From: an uncultured Verrucomicrobiae bacterium | GTDB lineage: Bacteria > Verrucomicrobiota > Verrucomicrobiia > Chthoniobacterales > UBA10450 | DNA: 64,000 nt | Assembly (NCBI GenBank): GCA_963735805.1 | Contig: CAVTMK010000002.1 | Location: 64,001-128,000 of the forward strand | Direction of reading: 5' to 3' | Part shown: positions 48,919-58,926 of the stretch, piece after piece | Numbering within the stretch: the stretch's first letter is position 1 | Layout: every line of letters begins with the position of its first letter | Notes under the pieces: generated by a model | The model's input: only the letters and a program-made list of their open reading frames with translations | Database searches by the model: none | Told to the model about the DNA's origin: nothing | Translations under genes and position numbers: made by a program

Positions 48919-49758
48919 ATGGCCGGGCGGTTGCTGCCCGCGAAAATATCGATTCTAATCAGACCTCGAATTCTGCCCGCGATTTTTGCATTTCTCGCGT
49001 TCGCCTCAAGCTCACTTGCGGAGAATTGGCAGGCGACGCTTAGCAAAGATCCGGCAGGAAATTTCCCGGAGCTGCGCCCCTTGCATGCGTCCTACCGCTT
49101 TGGGTGGTCTGGCCTTACCGCAGCTACTGGTGACGTCCACTTCTCAAAGCCATCAGAAAACAGGTTTCAATTGGACGGAACGGGTCGAACCATTGGGTTT
49201 GTTCGGGCGTTGTGGAAATTCGATGTGAATTATCAGGCAGTCGCCACGGCAGTGACATTGCGGCCCATCAAAACCGAGCAAACCGAAAATTACCGTTCGA
49301 AAAAAATTGGCACGCATCTCATTTTCACAAATGCGGGGGTGACTCGCACAAGAACAGAGGATAAAGGGCAAGCCGAAACGAAAACCCGCCAGTTCAATTT
49401 CCCGAATCTCTTCGATCTTTTCTCAGCCATGCTTTATTTGCGCAGCCAGCCGCTTAAAGATCACAGCGTCTATCGTGTCGTGGCCTATCCGGCGACCAAT
49501 GCTTACCTTGCTACTGTCACGGTGATTGGCCGGGAAAAAATGTCAGTGCATGCCGGGAGCTACAATGCGATCAAACTTGATTTGCAGCTCAAACGGATTG
49601 GCAAGCATCTCGAATTAGAACCGCACCGGAAATTTCGGCGCGCTACGATCTGGGTGTCGGATGATGCCGAGCGACTTCTGCTTCGCATCGAAGCGCAAGT
49701 GTTCGTCGGCACAGTCTTTGCTGAACTGCAATCAGTACGCTTTGACAATGCTAAATAG
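48919..49758 (+). CDS. DUF3108-like exported protein (start uncertain)
   Basis: Y.FGWSG, D..SA.LYLR, V.AG.Y.A, IWVSDD..RL.LRI. Confidence 0.75.
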   Translation: MAGRLLPAKISILIRPRILPAIFAFLAFASSSLAENWQATLSKDPAGNFPELRPLHASYRFGWSGLTAATGDVHFSKPSENRFQLDGTGRTIGFVRALWKFDVNYQAVATAVTLRPIKTEQTENYRSKKIGTHLIFTNAGVTRTRTEDKGQAETKTRQFNFPNLFDLFSAMLYLRSQPLKDHSVYRVVAYPATNAYLATVTVIGREKMSVHAGSYNAIKLDLQLKRIGKHLELEPHRKFRRATIWVSDDAERLLLRIEAQVFVGTVFAELQSVRFDNAK

Positions 49759-49805
49759 CGGATGCGTCTCGTCCTTGGCGACGATGCAGAGAAATTCGCG
49801 CAATG

Positions 49806-50549
49806 TCATTCGGGAACCCATTCACCGCGAACGGGCGGGCCAGGCGGGTGACGCCACCTTCTGCGTGAAGGATCGTAAAATGGTTGGCGTGGCCGCGGCA
49901 ACAGGCGAAGCGCGGCGAGAGTCTCCAAATCAAGCCGGCCCGTTGTGGGAATTTTAGTGCGCGCTTGATATGCCCGGAGGGAAAGCTCCATCGCGGGACC
50001 ATACACTCCGTTGATCTCTTCGTGATAGAGGTCGCTTCGGGCCAGCGCGATTTGAGCAGAAGCGATCACATTGCGTTGCACGTCGGGCGGGGCAGTTTCA
50101 AAAGGCGTTCGAGCAAGGACTCCCGACGGCACAGTATCTGGGGCCACAGGGGCCGATGGATACACTTGTTGGTGTTGTGGCGTATCCGGAAGAGGCCGAA
50201 CCGCTGTGGGCGTCCTATTCGCTTCTTCGGCCGGAGATTGTTCGCCACTCGTTGCTACAGCGGGGCTGGGTGACGCAGACTTTGTGGCAGGTTGTGCAGA
50301 GCCAGAAGAATTAAGTCCAAGAGATTGAAGTGTCTCACCGTTGAGCTGACCATTCACCTGCAGTCCGTTCCGAATTTGATAGCGGCGAACGGCCGCAGTT
50401 AAATCCGAACTCATCTGACCGGTGACCTCGCCATAGTAAAAGCCCTGGTCTTTCAACGCTTGCTGGACGCTCTGAATCATCTGGTCCGCTCGCGTCAGCG
50501 TGAGCGATCCGATGAAGATGAAGATCAGCAAAGCGATCTTGGCCTTCAT
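49806..50549 (-). CDS. Peptidoglycan-binding domain protein (2x PG_binding_1)
   Basis: VQQALKDQGFY.G.VTG...AVRRYQ..NGL.VNG.L; second copy near C-terminus. Confidence 0.88.
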   Translation of the reverse strand: MKAKIALLIFIFIGSLTLTRADQMIQSVQQALKDQGFYYGEVTGQMSSDLTAAVRRYQIRNGLQVNGQLNGETLQSLGLNSSGSAQPATKSASPSPAVATSGEQSPAEEANRTPTAVRPLPDTPQHQQVYPSAPVAPDTVPSGVLARTPFETAPPDVQRNVIASAQIALARSDLYHEEINGVYGPAMELSLRAYQARTKIPTTGRLDLETLAALRLLPRPRQPFYDPSRRRWRHPPGPPVRGEWVPE

Positions 50550-50586
50550 TTTGGTGCTATTTGGACGCGTTCGGTTTTCTGCCTAT

Positions 50587-51378
50587 TCAGCGTTTTCCCG
50601 GATCTGTCACCGCTAATGTTGGCTTACGCTGTCTGGCGTCACGAAAATGCAAAATTCCGTCGGCCACGGCTGCCGCAATCTGATCGCGGTAATCTTGGCT
50701 GGTGAGTTTGGAAATATCCTCCTTGTTAGTGAGAAATCCTCCTTCGATCAAGACGGCGGGAGAACTCACGTTTGCGATCACGAAAAATTGTCCGGGTTGT
50801 GTGCCCCGATTGATGGCCCTGGTGCGGGCAACCAGCGCTTCCTGAACAAGTCCCGCAAGTCTTTGACTTTCAGGATTCGGCGAATCGGAAAGAGGCCTCC
50901 ATAAAAAAGGCAACCAGGAAGCGACAAACGAGCCTGCGGTGATTTGATGTGCAGCGTAGTAAGTTTCCACCCCACTGGCGACGGGCTTGTTGTCTTCGTT
51001 GAAATGAATACTGACGAAAATGCAATTTCTGATCCGGTTAGCGAATGCCGCGCGATCTGCCAATGAAACATAAGTATCTCCAAGGCGAGTCATCACAGTC
51101 GCAATTCCTTCCGAGTCGAGCAATCGATCGATTCGTCGCGCCACGTCCAAAGTCAGATCTTTTTCGAGTAACCCTCCGCACATTGCGCCGGAATCCTGTC
51201 CGCCATGGCCAGGATCGAGAATGACCACGGCGAATGGACCAGGTGCAGCCGAGGGCTGCGCTAGCCTCGGTTCCAGGGGCGGCTTAGTTCTTTCCGTCTG
51301 GCGCAACTGCATCCAGACGAAAGACGCCGTCATCAGCAACAAGCCCGAGAGAGCCAGGATATTCCGAAGCGATTTCAT
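50587..51378 (-). CDS. N-acetylmuramoyl-L-alanine amidase (Amidase_3)
   Basis: ILDPGHGG.DSGA, EKDL.L, TR..D, FVSIHFN, VLIEGGFLTN. Confidence 0.93.
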   Translation of the reverse strand: MKSLRNILALSGLLLMTASFVWMQLRQTERTKPPLEPRLAQPSAAPGPFAVVILDPGHGGQDSGAMCGGLLEKDLTLDVARRIDRLLDSEGIATVMTRLGDTYVSLADRAAFANRIRNCIFVSIHFNEDNKPVASGVETYYAAHQITAGSFVASWLPFLWRPLSDSPNPESQRLAGLVQEALVARTRAINRGTQPGQFFVIANVSSPAVLIEGGFLTNKEDISKLTSQDYRDQIAAAVADGILHFRDARQRKPTLAVTDPGKR

Positions 51379-51414
51379 TTATAATCTCCGGACAATAATT
51401 TTTCCTCATATATA

Positions 51415-52194
51415 TTAGTCGCGGATCAGGGGACGTAATTCTTTGTCTGATAACGAACGATAGCGGATTGCCCTACCGGCGTCACGCTCAAGCACTGCCG
51501 CCTCTATTCCCGCAATGGCAAGCTGTTCCTGTCGATGTTTGGTGACGGCAGCTCGCTCTGGTGGTTCCTTTGTATCGCTGGTCTGTAAAGTCATGTGCCC
51601 GATGCTCCACGCGTCGAGCGCCGAGTTCAATGCCGTCTCAAGGTTTGCGTCCGGCGCGTGCCGAGCGCCGAGAAATGTTTCCATTAACTCCCTTGATTGC
51701 TGTGTCCCGCTGAGCGCCGCGAAGTTCTGCCGCGCTTCCGCGAACGTTGCACCATTCGTCGCGATCTCACCGTCATACTCGACGCGTATAAATAAATCGT
51801 CTTCGGGTCGCTCTCCCACTTCAGCGAACAGCATCCGGGCGAGGTACGGCGCGCCGTAGATCTGTTCAAACGCGCTCTTCATCACCGGACTGAGCGAGTA
51901 ATGCACCAGCCGCCGCAGTGAAACATCTGTGGAAGATCGGGTGAATCCTTCGGTGCTGGCCAGTTCGATCGCCGCCATTCGCAAGCGCTCGATATCTCCT
52001 GGATGACCAATCGCGCCCATGGCGATTCGGTCGTAGATCTCAAAAATTTTCTGCCGCGTCTGACCGAGAGTGAGAAACAAAACACCGTCGCGGTAACCGA
52101 GCGCAGCAATCGGGCTGCCCGGAGCAAGTTGCGATTCGATGTACTCGCGGCGATTGGCGATCGCCTCGACCCAACGATACGGTTCTTCAATCAT
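51415..52194 (-). CDS. prcA: 20S proteasome alpha subunit (UBact-associated type)
   Basis: EPYRW..A...RREY, KIFEIYDRIAMGAIG; 4-bp overlap with the beta gene. Confidence 0.85.
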   Translation of the reverse strand: MIEEPYRWVEAIANRREYIESQLAPGSPIAALGYRDGVLFLTLGQTRQKIFEIYDRIAMGAIGHPGDIERLRMAAIELASTEGFTRSSTDVSLRRLVHYSLSPVMKSAFEQIYGAPYLARMLFAEVGERPEDDLFIRVEYDGEIATNGATFAEARQNFAALSGTQQSRELMETFLGARHAPDANLETALNSALDAWSIGHMTLQTSDTKEPPERAAVTKHRQEQLAIAGIEAAVLERDAGRAIRYRSLSDKELRPLIRD

Positions 52195-53015
52195 GCAACC
52201 GTTTCCTTGAACACCGCCGCGATTTTAGCTTCAGGCAAAGTCGTGATGCCTTCGCTCGATACAATCTTGATAAGCGGATAAATTTTGCCACTGCGATCTA
52301 CGCCGCCTGTCGATGTGTCGGATTCCGCTGCGGTATCCAATGCGCGCAACGCAACCGTTACCGCTTCTTCTTCGTTCAATTCGTGCAGCGGCTTCGCGCC
52401 CCAATTGTTTTCGTAATAGAGAATGCCGCGGACCGCTGGCGATCCGGACCCCGTGGCCGCGTAATCCGTCACTTCAAATTGCGCTCCCATCGCATCATAA
52501 AAATAAAGGCGCGCCTCCGGCCTCGGATGAGGATTGTAGGTCGCGAAAATTGGCACAACTATTCCCACGCCCTGCATGACGAACCCGAAATTGTCACGCA
52601 ACAATTTGGATAGAGCGCGTACTTTCCCATCGACGCTCATTTCCTGTAGCTGCGTTCGGCGAAAATATTGGAACGAGTGTTCGAGCACGCGCGCCATTTC
52701 CCACGCAGTGGCTGGCACACCAGCAATGGCCATGATCGAATTCCGATCGATTTCCAAAACTTTGTCCGCGCGATCATATACAACGGTATTCCCAGCCGTG
52801 GCGCGGCGGTCGCCTGCTACCAACACGCCTCCGGAAAATTTGAAGGCGAGAATTGTGGTTGCCTCGGTTGGTTGCCAGATTTTTTGCGGGGTTTCCGTTT
52901 GCGGTAGCGGATTCGCAGCAGCCGGGGTCAGCAAACCTCTGCGACGCAACAGCGCAGGAAAATCGCCGGATGCGCCAGAAAAATTCTGGTCAAACGCCAC
53001 CGGGGAGCGCTCCAT
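52191..53015 (-). CDS. prcB: 20S proteasome beta subunit with propeptide
   Basis: A/TTILA catalytic Thr, GDRRATAG, DKV, TGSGS, D..TGG. Confidence 0.9.
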   Translation of the reverse strand: MERSPVAFDQNFSGASGDFPALLRRRGLLTPAAANPLPQTETPQKIWQPTEATTILAFKFSGGVLVAGDRRATAGNTVVYDRADKVLEIDRNSIMAIAGVPATAWEMARVLEHSFQYFRRTQLQEMSVDGKVRALSKLLRDNFGFVMQGVGIVVPIFATYNPHPRPEARLYFYDAMGAQFEVTDYAATGSGSPAVRGILYYENNWGAKPLHELNEEEAVTVALRALDTAAESDTSTGGVDRSGKIYPLIKIVSSEGITTLPEAKIAAVFKETVA

Positions 53016-53191
53016 TATTGGCCGGTGCGCTGGCGATAGCGCTTGGATTGGTTGGGATCCACCTTGCGCATCTTTTTTAAAAGATCCTTCGTGTCCGGCC
53101 GCGAAATGTCCGGTGAACGTGGACCGCCACCATCGCCTTGTTTTGGACCCCACGGGGCCGGTTCCACCGGCTTCTGAATGCGCTCAGGCAT
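53015..53191 (-). CDS. ubact: Ubiquitin-like protein UBact (58 aa, ends RYRQRTGQ)
   Basis: Disordered N-terminus, LLKKMRKVDP...RYRQRTGQ C-terminus; TAA overlaps ATG of the proteasome beta gene. Confidence 0.88.
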   Translation of the reverse strand: MPERIQKPVEPAPWGPKQGDGGGPRSPDISRPDTKDLLKKMRKVDPNQSKRYRQRTGQ

Positions 53192-53196
53192 AAAAA

Positions 53197-53224
53197 AATC
53201 TAAGAGCAAATATTGGAAAGGCAA
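53197..53224 (-). promoter_or_regulatory. Putative sigma70 promoter for the UBact operon (leaderless)
   Basis: TTGCCT-N16-TAGATT, 5 nt before ATG, no SD. Confidence 0.5.
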
Positions 53225-53367
53225 GCGGCGCGCCGCGTCGTGATTCGTAAGTGGTTCGACGGTTACATCGGATTTCGAATTCAACGATGGAATGCTGGAA
53301 CGATTTAACGGTGGCGAAACCGATGAGGCTTGCCAGATAAATCTGCTGATGGCAAAGTTTTGCCCCG

Positions 53368-53844
53368 ATGAAGTTCGCAGTAATTTTTTGTGCGATGTTC
53401 CTTTTCGGATTGCTTTGCGATGCATCTGCTCAAACGTCTGCGCAGAAGTCAGGCAAATCAGATGATTCCGCCGCTCAACTCGAAGCGCTGGCAAAAAAGA
53501 TTGACGACCAGAACGCGAAGATTGATGCGCTTTCTCAGGAGATCCTCAAGCTGGAACAGCAAATCGCGCACATTCGCCCGGGCGTAATGGTTGGAGAAAG
53601 TACGCCCTCGGCGACGACGTCTGTCACCACAGCCGGATCTACACCACACCTCGCAGGCACGAACACTCATATTGTCGCACGTGGTGAGACACTCACTTCC
53701 ATCGCGAAAATGTACAAGGTGACTGTGGACGAACTGCAAAACGCTAACCATATCGAAGATGGCCGTAAACTGCAGGCCGGACAAAGCATTATTATCCCGG
53801 TTGCTTCGCCGGCGGCTTCCGGTTCGCCATCACCGACAGAGTGA
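53368..53844 (+). CDS. Exported coiled-coil plus LysM protein
   Basis: Signal peptide; HIVARGETLTSIAKMYKVTVDELQNAN..LQAGQ. Confidence 0.88.
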   Translation: MKFAVIFCAMFLFGLLCDASAQTSAQKSGKSDDSAAQLEALAKKIDDQNAKIDALSQEILKLEQQIAHIRPGVMVGESTPSATTSVTTAGSTPHLAGTNTHIVARGETLTSIAKMYKVTVDELQNANHIEDGRKLQAGQSIIIPVASPAASGSPSPTE

Positions 53845-53854
53845 TACTGGGCTC

Positions 53855-54403
53855 GTGAATCAAAGCTGGTTTCTGCGCAAGCACGAAGATGGAAGCACCT
53901 TTGGGCCGGTGCGTTTTGATCAAATCGCACGCTGGGCAACTGCGGCGCAAATCGCACCGCACGATACGCTCTCCAATGACCGACACACCTGGGTGAAAGC
54001 GCCCATGCTGCCACAGCTCGGTATGGACTGGTTAGTCGAGATTACCAGCGAGCATTATTATGGCCCGACAACGCTCGGCGCCCTCCAGGAATTTATTCGG
54101 CTCGGGGAAATCGATGGTGAAACGCTCGTCATCAATACCCGGAACGGCGCTCGTTGCAAAATTCAGGAGATGCCGCAGTTGTGGGAAAGCGGCAAAGCCG
54201 ATGCCGGGGATGCCCAAACCGAAATTCAACTTGGCGATCCCGTAGGACCAGCGGTGGCGCGAATGTCGTTTCGCCTCCAGGAACAGATTCGTGGTCTCGA
54301 ACAAAGCTTGGAGGAAGAGAGGCGCGCACTAACGGAAGCCGAACGGCGATACGCTGATCTGAAAGAAAAGTACGATGCGGTCGTCCAGCGTGTCGACCCA
54401 TAA
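53855..54403 (+). CDS. GYF_2-like domain protein with C-terminal coiled coil
   Basis: WFLRK....FGPV...I..W...QI; second YYGP..L repeat. Confidence 0.7.
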   Translation: MNQSWFLRKHEDGSTFGPVRFDQIARWATAAQIAPHDTLSNDRHTWVKAPMLPQLGMDWLVEITSEHYYGPTTLGALQEFIRLGEIDGETLVINTRNGARCKIQEMPQLWESGKADAGDAQTEIQLGDPVGPAVARMSFRLQEQIRGLEQSLEEERRALTEAERRYADLKEKYDAVVQRVDP

Positions 54404-54486
54404 GCGTGCGATCTGCGTGTCAACGGAGTTGCACTCCGCTAAATAACGAGCAGACGAAAAGAGCCCTCACCACGGAAGCCTCGATA

Positions 54487-56298
54487 TCAGCAAACCGGCA
54501 GTTGTTCCTCTGTCTCGGTCGTCTGTGAAGCGCCAATCTCCGACGGCTGCTCGGTTTCCCGTGGCGGCGATGTTTGGAGCAAACTTTGCTGACATAGCCG
54601 CGCATATTTACCACCGAGCGCCAGCAATTGATCGTGTGTGCCGCGCTCGATGATCCTGCCATGATCGATTACCAGAATTTGGTCCGCATGCACAATCGTG
54701 GAAAGGCGATGCGCGATGACAATCGACGTGCGGTTCGCCATCAAGCGCTCCAGCGCTTCCTGGATTAAGCGTTCAGTTGCCGTGTCTACACTTGCAGTCG
54801 CTTCGTCGAGAATCAAAATCGGAGGATCCTTCAAAAGCGCACGCGCAATAGAGAGCCGTTGTTTTTCGCCGACGCTCAGTTTCACTCCACGCTCGCCCAC
54901 GACGCTTTCCAGTCCATCGGGCAAACGTTGAATAAATTGCTGGGCGTTTGCCGCAACCACTGCACGCCATAATTCACCGTCGGTCGCCTGCGGTTTTCCC
55001 ATGAGCAGGTTTTCGCGAATCGATCCATTAAACAAAAAGCTTTCCTGTGTGACTACGCCGATTGCTTCTCGCAACACATGCAGGTCATATTCGCGAATCG
55101 GTTTCGCATCGATATAGATTTGCCCAGTGGTGAATTCATAAAAACGCACGAGCAAATTCACCAGTGTCGACTTACCGGCGCCGGTTGCGCCCACCAGAGC
55201 GATAGTCGCGCCGGGCGGCGCGTGAAACGAAACATTCCTCAGCGCGGGCAATCCCTCCGCGTAACTGAAGCTCACGTTTTCGTAGCGAATGTCGCCTAGA
55301 ACTCGCCTGCCACCGCGGTCAACGCCCACGACTGCAAATCCGGGCTCCGCCGGTTCGTCGAGAATTTCAAATACGCGCTCGCCCGCCGCGCGTCCGGCTT
55401 GCACGAGTTGATTGAGCTGATGCAATCTGCCCAGAGGATCGTAGAGGAACGCAGTCAGGATTAGAAACGCGACCAGATCGCCGATTTGCATTGCACCCGT
55501 AAGCACTGCGTGACTGCCAAAGCCGAGTACCAGCAACGCGCCAATCGCTTCAAACAGCGACATCGACGGGCTGTAAATCGCCCATACCCGCATCACTACG
55601 AGTGTAGCCCGTCGCAAATGGTCGCTTACCCGATTAAACCGCGCGTGCTCCTCGTTCTCGCGTACGAAACTTTTGATCTGCCGGACGCCGGACAGATTAT
55701 CGTGCAATAGCGCGTTCATGTCTGACGAGGCCCGACGTTGCAAACGATACCGCCGATGCGCGGTTAGCGTGTACGTGAGCGTGCCGGCGATAAGCAGCGG
55801 GAATGGCGCGAGGGCGAGCATGGCGAGCTTCGCATTCAAATAAAACATCATGCCCACGACAATCAGGACCTGCAGAATGGCGACGACGCCTTGCTCGATT
55901 CCGTCGATCAAGACGCGCTCGACGGAGTTAACGTCCTCAATCACGCGCGTCATCAGATCGCCAGTGGCGCGATTGTCGAACCACCGCAAAGGCAGCAGCT
56001 GAATGTGAGAATACAAATCGCTGCGCAAATCGAAGATCACTTTTTGTTCAAACGTGTTGTTTAGGATGATGCGCAGCGCATTGAACCCGTGCTGAAAAAT
56101 AAATGCGATCCCTGCAAGAACGAGTAACGGCAGTAATTTGTCCGGCCGGTGCGCGCGTACAACGTCGTTAATGATCCATTTCGCTGTCGCAGGGAAGACA
56201 ATGACCATCAGCGTGCTCAAGACCGCGCAGCTCAATGTCCCTGCAGCCATCCAGGGATATCGCTTCAAATAAGCAAAAACGCGCCAGACAGTTCTCAT
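54487..56298 (-). CDS. ABC transporter ATP-binding/permease (MsbA-like exporter)
   Basis: TMD plus GATGAGKST, LSVGEKQR, ILDEATASVD, IAHRLST. Confidence 0.94.
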   Translation of the reverse strand: MRTVWRVFAYLKRYPWMAAGTLSCAVLSTLMVIVFPATAKWIINDVVRAHRPDKLLPLLVLAGIAFIFQHGFNALRIILNNTFEQKVIFDLRSDLYSHIQLLPLRWFDNRATGDLMTRVIEDVNSVERVLIDGIEQGVVAILQVLIVVGMMFYLNAKLAMLALAPFPLLIAGTLTYTLTAHRRYRLQRRASSDMNALLHDNLSGVRQIKSFVRENEEHARFNRVSDHLRRATLVVMRVWAIYSPSMSLFEAIGALLVLGFGSHAVLTGAMQIGDLVAFLILTAFLYDPLGRLHQLNQLVQAGRAAGERVFEILDEPAEPGFAVVGVDRGGRRVLGDIRYENVSFSYAEGLPALRNVSFHAPPGATIALVGATGAGKSTLVNLLVRFYEFTTGQIYIDAKPIREYDLHVLREAIGVVTQESFLFNGSIRENLLMGKPQATDGELWRAVVAANAQQFIQRLPDGLESVVGERGVKLSVGEKQRLSIARALLKDPPILILDEATASVDTATERLIQEALERLMANRTSIVIAHRLSTIVHADQILVIDHGRIIERGTHDQLLALGGKYARLCQQSLLQTSPPRETEQPSEIGASQTTETEEQLPVC

Positions 56299-56502
56299 TG
56301 CGCACTCAACCTCAACGCCCGCGTCATCGCGTCAAGCTAAGTACCCAGCATGCTTTGTGTGCGTGTCCTTCGATGCGCTTCGTACTGCTACTTGATACTG
56401 CTTGACCGGGCCTCTGCCATCAATTTACCTTCCAATTGCCGTGACGCGGTCGTTTCCTCTCGACGCCGCAGCAGCACACACTTTGTTAGATTGTCGAAAA
56501 GG

Positions 56503-58926
56503 GTGAACGCCCAAAGCACGTCCGCGGAGACTGAACCAGATCTTCCGCTTGAGATCGCATACTTATTGCTAATCGACGTTGTTGGTTACTCGAAATTGTT
56601 GGTCAATGAGCAGGTCGAACTGCTGCAGCAACTGAACCGGATCGTGCGGAGCACCGAATGTTTTCGCGCGGCGGAAGCAGTCGGCAAGCTCATCCGGGTG
56701 CCAACGGGCGATGGGATGGCACTTCTTTTCTTTCACAGTCCGGAGGAACCGGTGCGGTGCGCCCTCGAGATCAGCAAAGCGTTAAAGGGTCATTCGCAGA
56801 TCCAGGTACGCATGGGAGTTCACAGTGGTCCAGTCAACCCGGTGAAGGATGTTAACGACCAAACGAATATTGCTGGATCGGGGATCAATGTGGGGCAGCG
56901 GGTGCTGGACTGCGGCGATGCTGGACACATCCTTGTATCGGGTCATGTCGCAGAGGATTTGTCTCAGTATCGACATTGGCAGCCGTATCTAAGCAATCTG
57001 GGCGAGTGCCAGGTAAAGCACGGACTGCGCCTGCACGTGTTTAATCTGTGTAAAGATGGTCTCGGTAATCCGGAGGTTCCTGAGAAACTCAAGCGGCGAA
57101 GATGGACGCAGCAATCCGCCGCGATTCACCCAGTCGGTCCGTCTCGGTGGCCAAAGTTTCTATTGCCAGTCGCTCTAGCTGTGTTCGCCGTCGGGTTGGC
57201 GCTCGCCATTTCAGTCTTTCTTCGTCAGGGAACACATACTGGTAATTACTCGGACGCTACAACATCCATTGCCGAGAAAAGCGTCGCCGTGTTGCCCTTC
57301 GAAAATCTAAGTACGGATCGGGAAAACGCCTTCTTCACCGATGGTGTACAGGATGAAATCCTTACCGACCTCTCCAAAGTCGCGGACCTGAAAGTAATCA
57401 GTCGCACGAGTGTGATGCAGTACAGGAACGCCGCAGCGCGCAACCTCAGGGAGATTGCCCAGCAACTCGGCGTCGCGCACGTGTTAGAAGGAAGTGTGCA
57501 GCGTGCGGGGAACCGTGTCCGCGTAACCGCACAGCTGATTGACGCCAGGACCGACACGCATCTTTGGGCGGAACGGTACGACCGCGATCTAGCGGATGTC
57601 TTCGCCATTCAGAGTGAGATTGCCAAGAAGATCGCGGACCAGCTTCAGGCTAAAATTTCTCCCAGTGAAAAGGCGGCGATCGAGAAGGCACCTACCACCG
57701 ATCTTCTCGCATACGATCTTTATCTGCGCGCCGAGCTACTTTTCGCCGATACAACCGATCCGATTCATGCCAGGGAAAAACTGCCTCAGGCGGCGCAATT
57801 GTTAGATGAAGCGGTAACACGCGACCCGCGCTTCTTACAGGCTTGGTGCCTGCTGTCCAGAGTACATTGCGCCGCTTATTTTAGAGGTCATGACCATAGC
57901 ACGGCCCGTCTCGAGCTGGCCAATGCGGCCGTCCAAACCGCGTTGCGCCTTCAACCGGATGCCGGTGAAGCCCATCTTGCTCTGGCCATTTATTACTACA
58001 ACGGTTTTCGCGATTACCGCCGGGCCCGCAGCGAGCTCGCCTTTGCCAGACGGACATTGCCGAACAACTCCGATGTGTTCTTTTACACCGGCTTGATTGA
58101 TCGCCGCGAAGGTCGTTGGGAAGAAGCGACGCGCGACATGGAGCGCGCTCTTGAGCTGGACCCACGCAACTTCTTTATTTTACAGCAACTGGCTTTGACC
58201 TATCAGCCGCAGCGTCGGTATACCGACGAAGCTCAAACGTATGATCGTGCACTGACGATCATGCCGGCCGATCCCTATACTCGTATATCCAGAGCGTTGG
58301 TTGCCTTGGATTGGCGTGCAGACATCCAACCGTTCCAGACGACGCTGGCTACATTGATCACTGAAAATCCCAACGCTGCGCCCGATTTAGATGCTCCTCT
58401 TTATGCTCTGTGCGAGCGTACTGCGGCCGCCACTGACAGGACGCTGTCAAACTATCCGCGGGTGGGGGTCGTATACAACGGAGTCAACTACCCCCATGCA
58501 TATTGGGAGGGGGTCGTTGCTCGCTGCCAAGGCGATTCAGCCAAAGCGCGCGCTGCCTTTACCGCGGCGCGCAGAGAAGTCGCAAACACAGTGGAACAGC
58601 AGCCTGACTTCGCGGCCGCTCTTAGTGTGCTGGGCATGATCGATGCGGGCCTCGATCGTAAAGAAGAAGCACTAAAGGAAGGTCGACGCGCGTGCGAATT
58701 GTTGCCGGTCTCCAAGGATGCTATCGACGGTGCATCCCTGGCCATTAATCTGGCGCAGATTTACGCCTGGACTGGCGAGAAAGACCGCGCCATCGAGCAG
58801 ATCGCCGCCGTGGAGCGCGTCCCGAACACTCTCAGCTATGGCCTTCTGAAGCTGCATCCTTACTGGGATTCGCTGCGCGGCGATCCCCGCTTCGAAAAAA
58901 TTATCGCTTCTCTCGCGCCGCAGTGA
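56503..58926 (+). CDS. Class III nucleotidyl cyclase - TM - TolB-like - TPR protein
   Basis: IDVVGYSK, TGDG, RMGVHSGPV, GIN..QRV; SVAVLPFENLS, KVISRTSV; TPRs; LRGDPRF. Confidence 0.88.
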   Translation: MNAQSTSAETEPDLPLEIAYLLLIDVVGYSKLLVNEQVELLQQLNRIVRSTECFRAAEAVGKLIRVPTGDGMALLFFHSPEEPVRCALEISKALKGHSQIQVRMGVHSGPVNPVKDVNDQTNIAGSGINVGQRVLDCGDAGHILVSGHVAEDLSQYRHWQPYLSNLGECQVKHGLRLHVFNLCKDGLGNPEVPEKLKRRRWTQQSAAIHPVGPSRWPKFLLPVALAVFAVGLALAISVFLRQGTHTGNYSDATTSIAEKSVAVLPFENLSTDRENAFFTDGVQDEILTDLSKVADLKVISRTSVMQYRNAAARNLREIAQQLGVAHVLEGSVQRAGNRVRVTAQLIDARTDTHLWAERYDRDLADVFAIQSEIAKKIADQLQAKISPSEKAAIEKAPTTDLLAYDLYLRAELLFADTTDPIHAREKLPQAAQLLDEAVTRDPRFLQAWCLLSRVHCAAYFRGHDHSTARLELANAAVQTALRLQPDAGEAHLALAIYYYNGFRDYRRARSELAFARRTLPNNSDVFFYTGLIDRREGRWEEATRDMERALELDPRNFFILQQLALTYQPQRRYTDEAQTYDRALTIMPADPYTRISRALVALDWRADIQPFQTTLATLITENPNAAPDLDAPLYALCERTAAATDRTLSNYPRVGVVYNGVNYPHAYWEGVVARCQGDSAKARAAFTAARREVANTVEQQPDFAAALSVLGMIDAGLDRKEEALKEGRRACELLPVSKDAIDGASLAINLAQIYAWTGEKDRAIEQIAAVERVPNTLSYGLLKLHPYWDSLRGDPRFEKIIASLAPQ

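Noticed and set aside
53016..53153. N-terminal extension of the proteasome beta ORF
   Set aside because: Overlaps UBact; the TAATG coupling indicates a start at 53015
53192..53494. 159-aa ORF extension upstream of UBact
   Set aside because: Overlaps the divergent LysM gene and the promoter; UBact size and the -10 element support ATG at 53191
54487..56298. ABC exporter as transporter of the candidate RiPP
   Set aside because: No C39 peptidase domain, separated by the cyclase gene, and generic MsbA-like; no support for linkage
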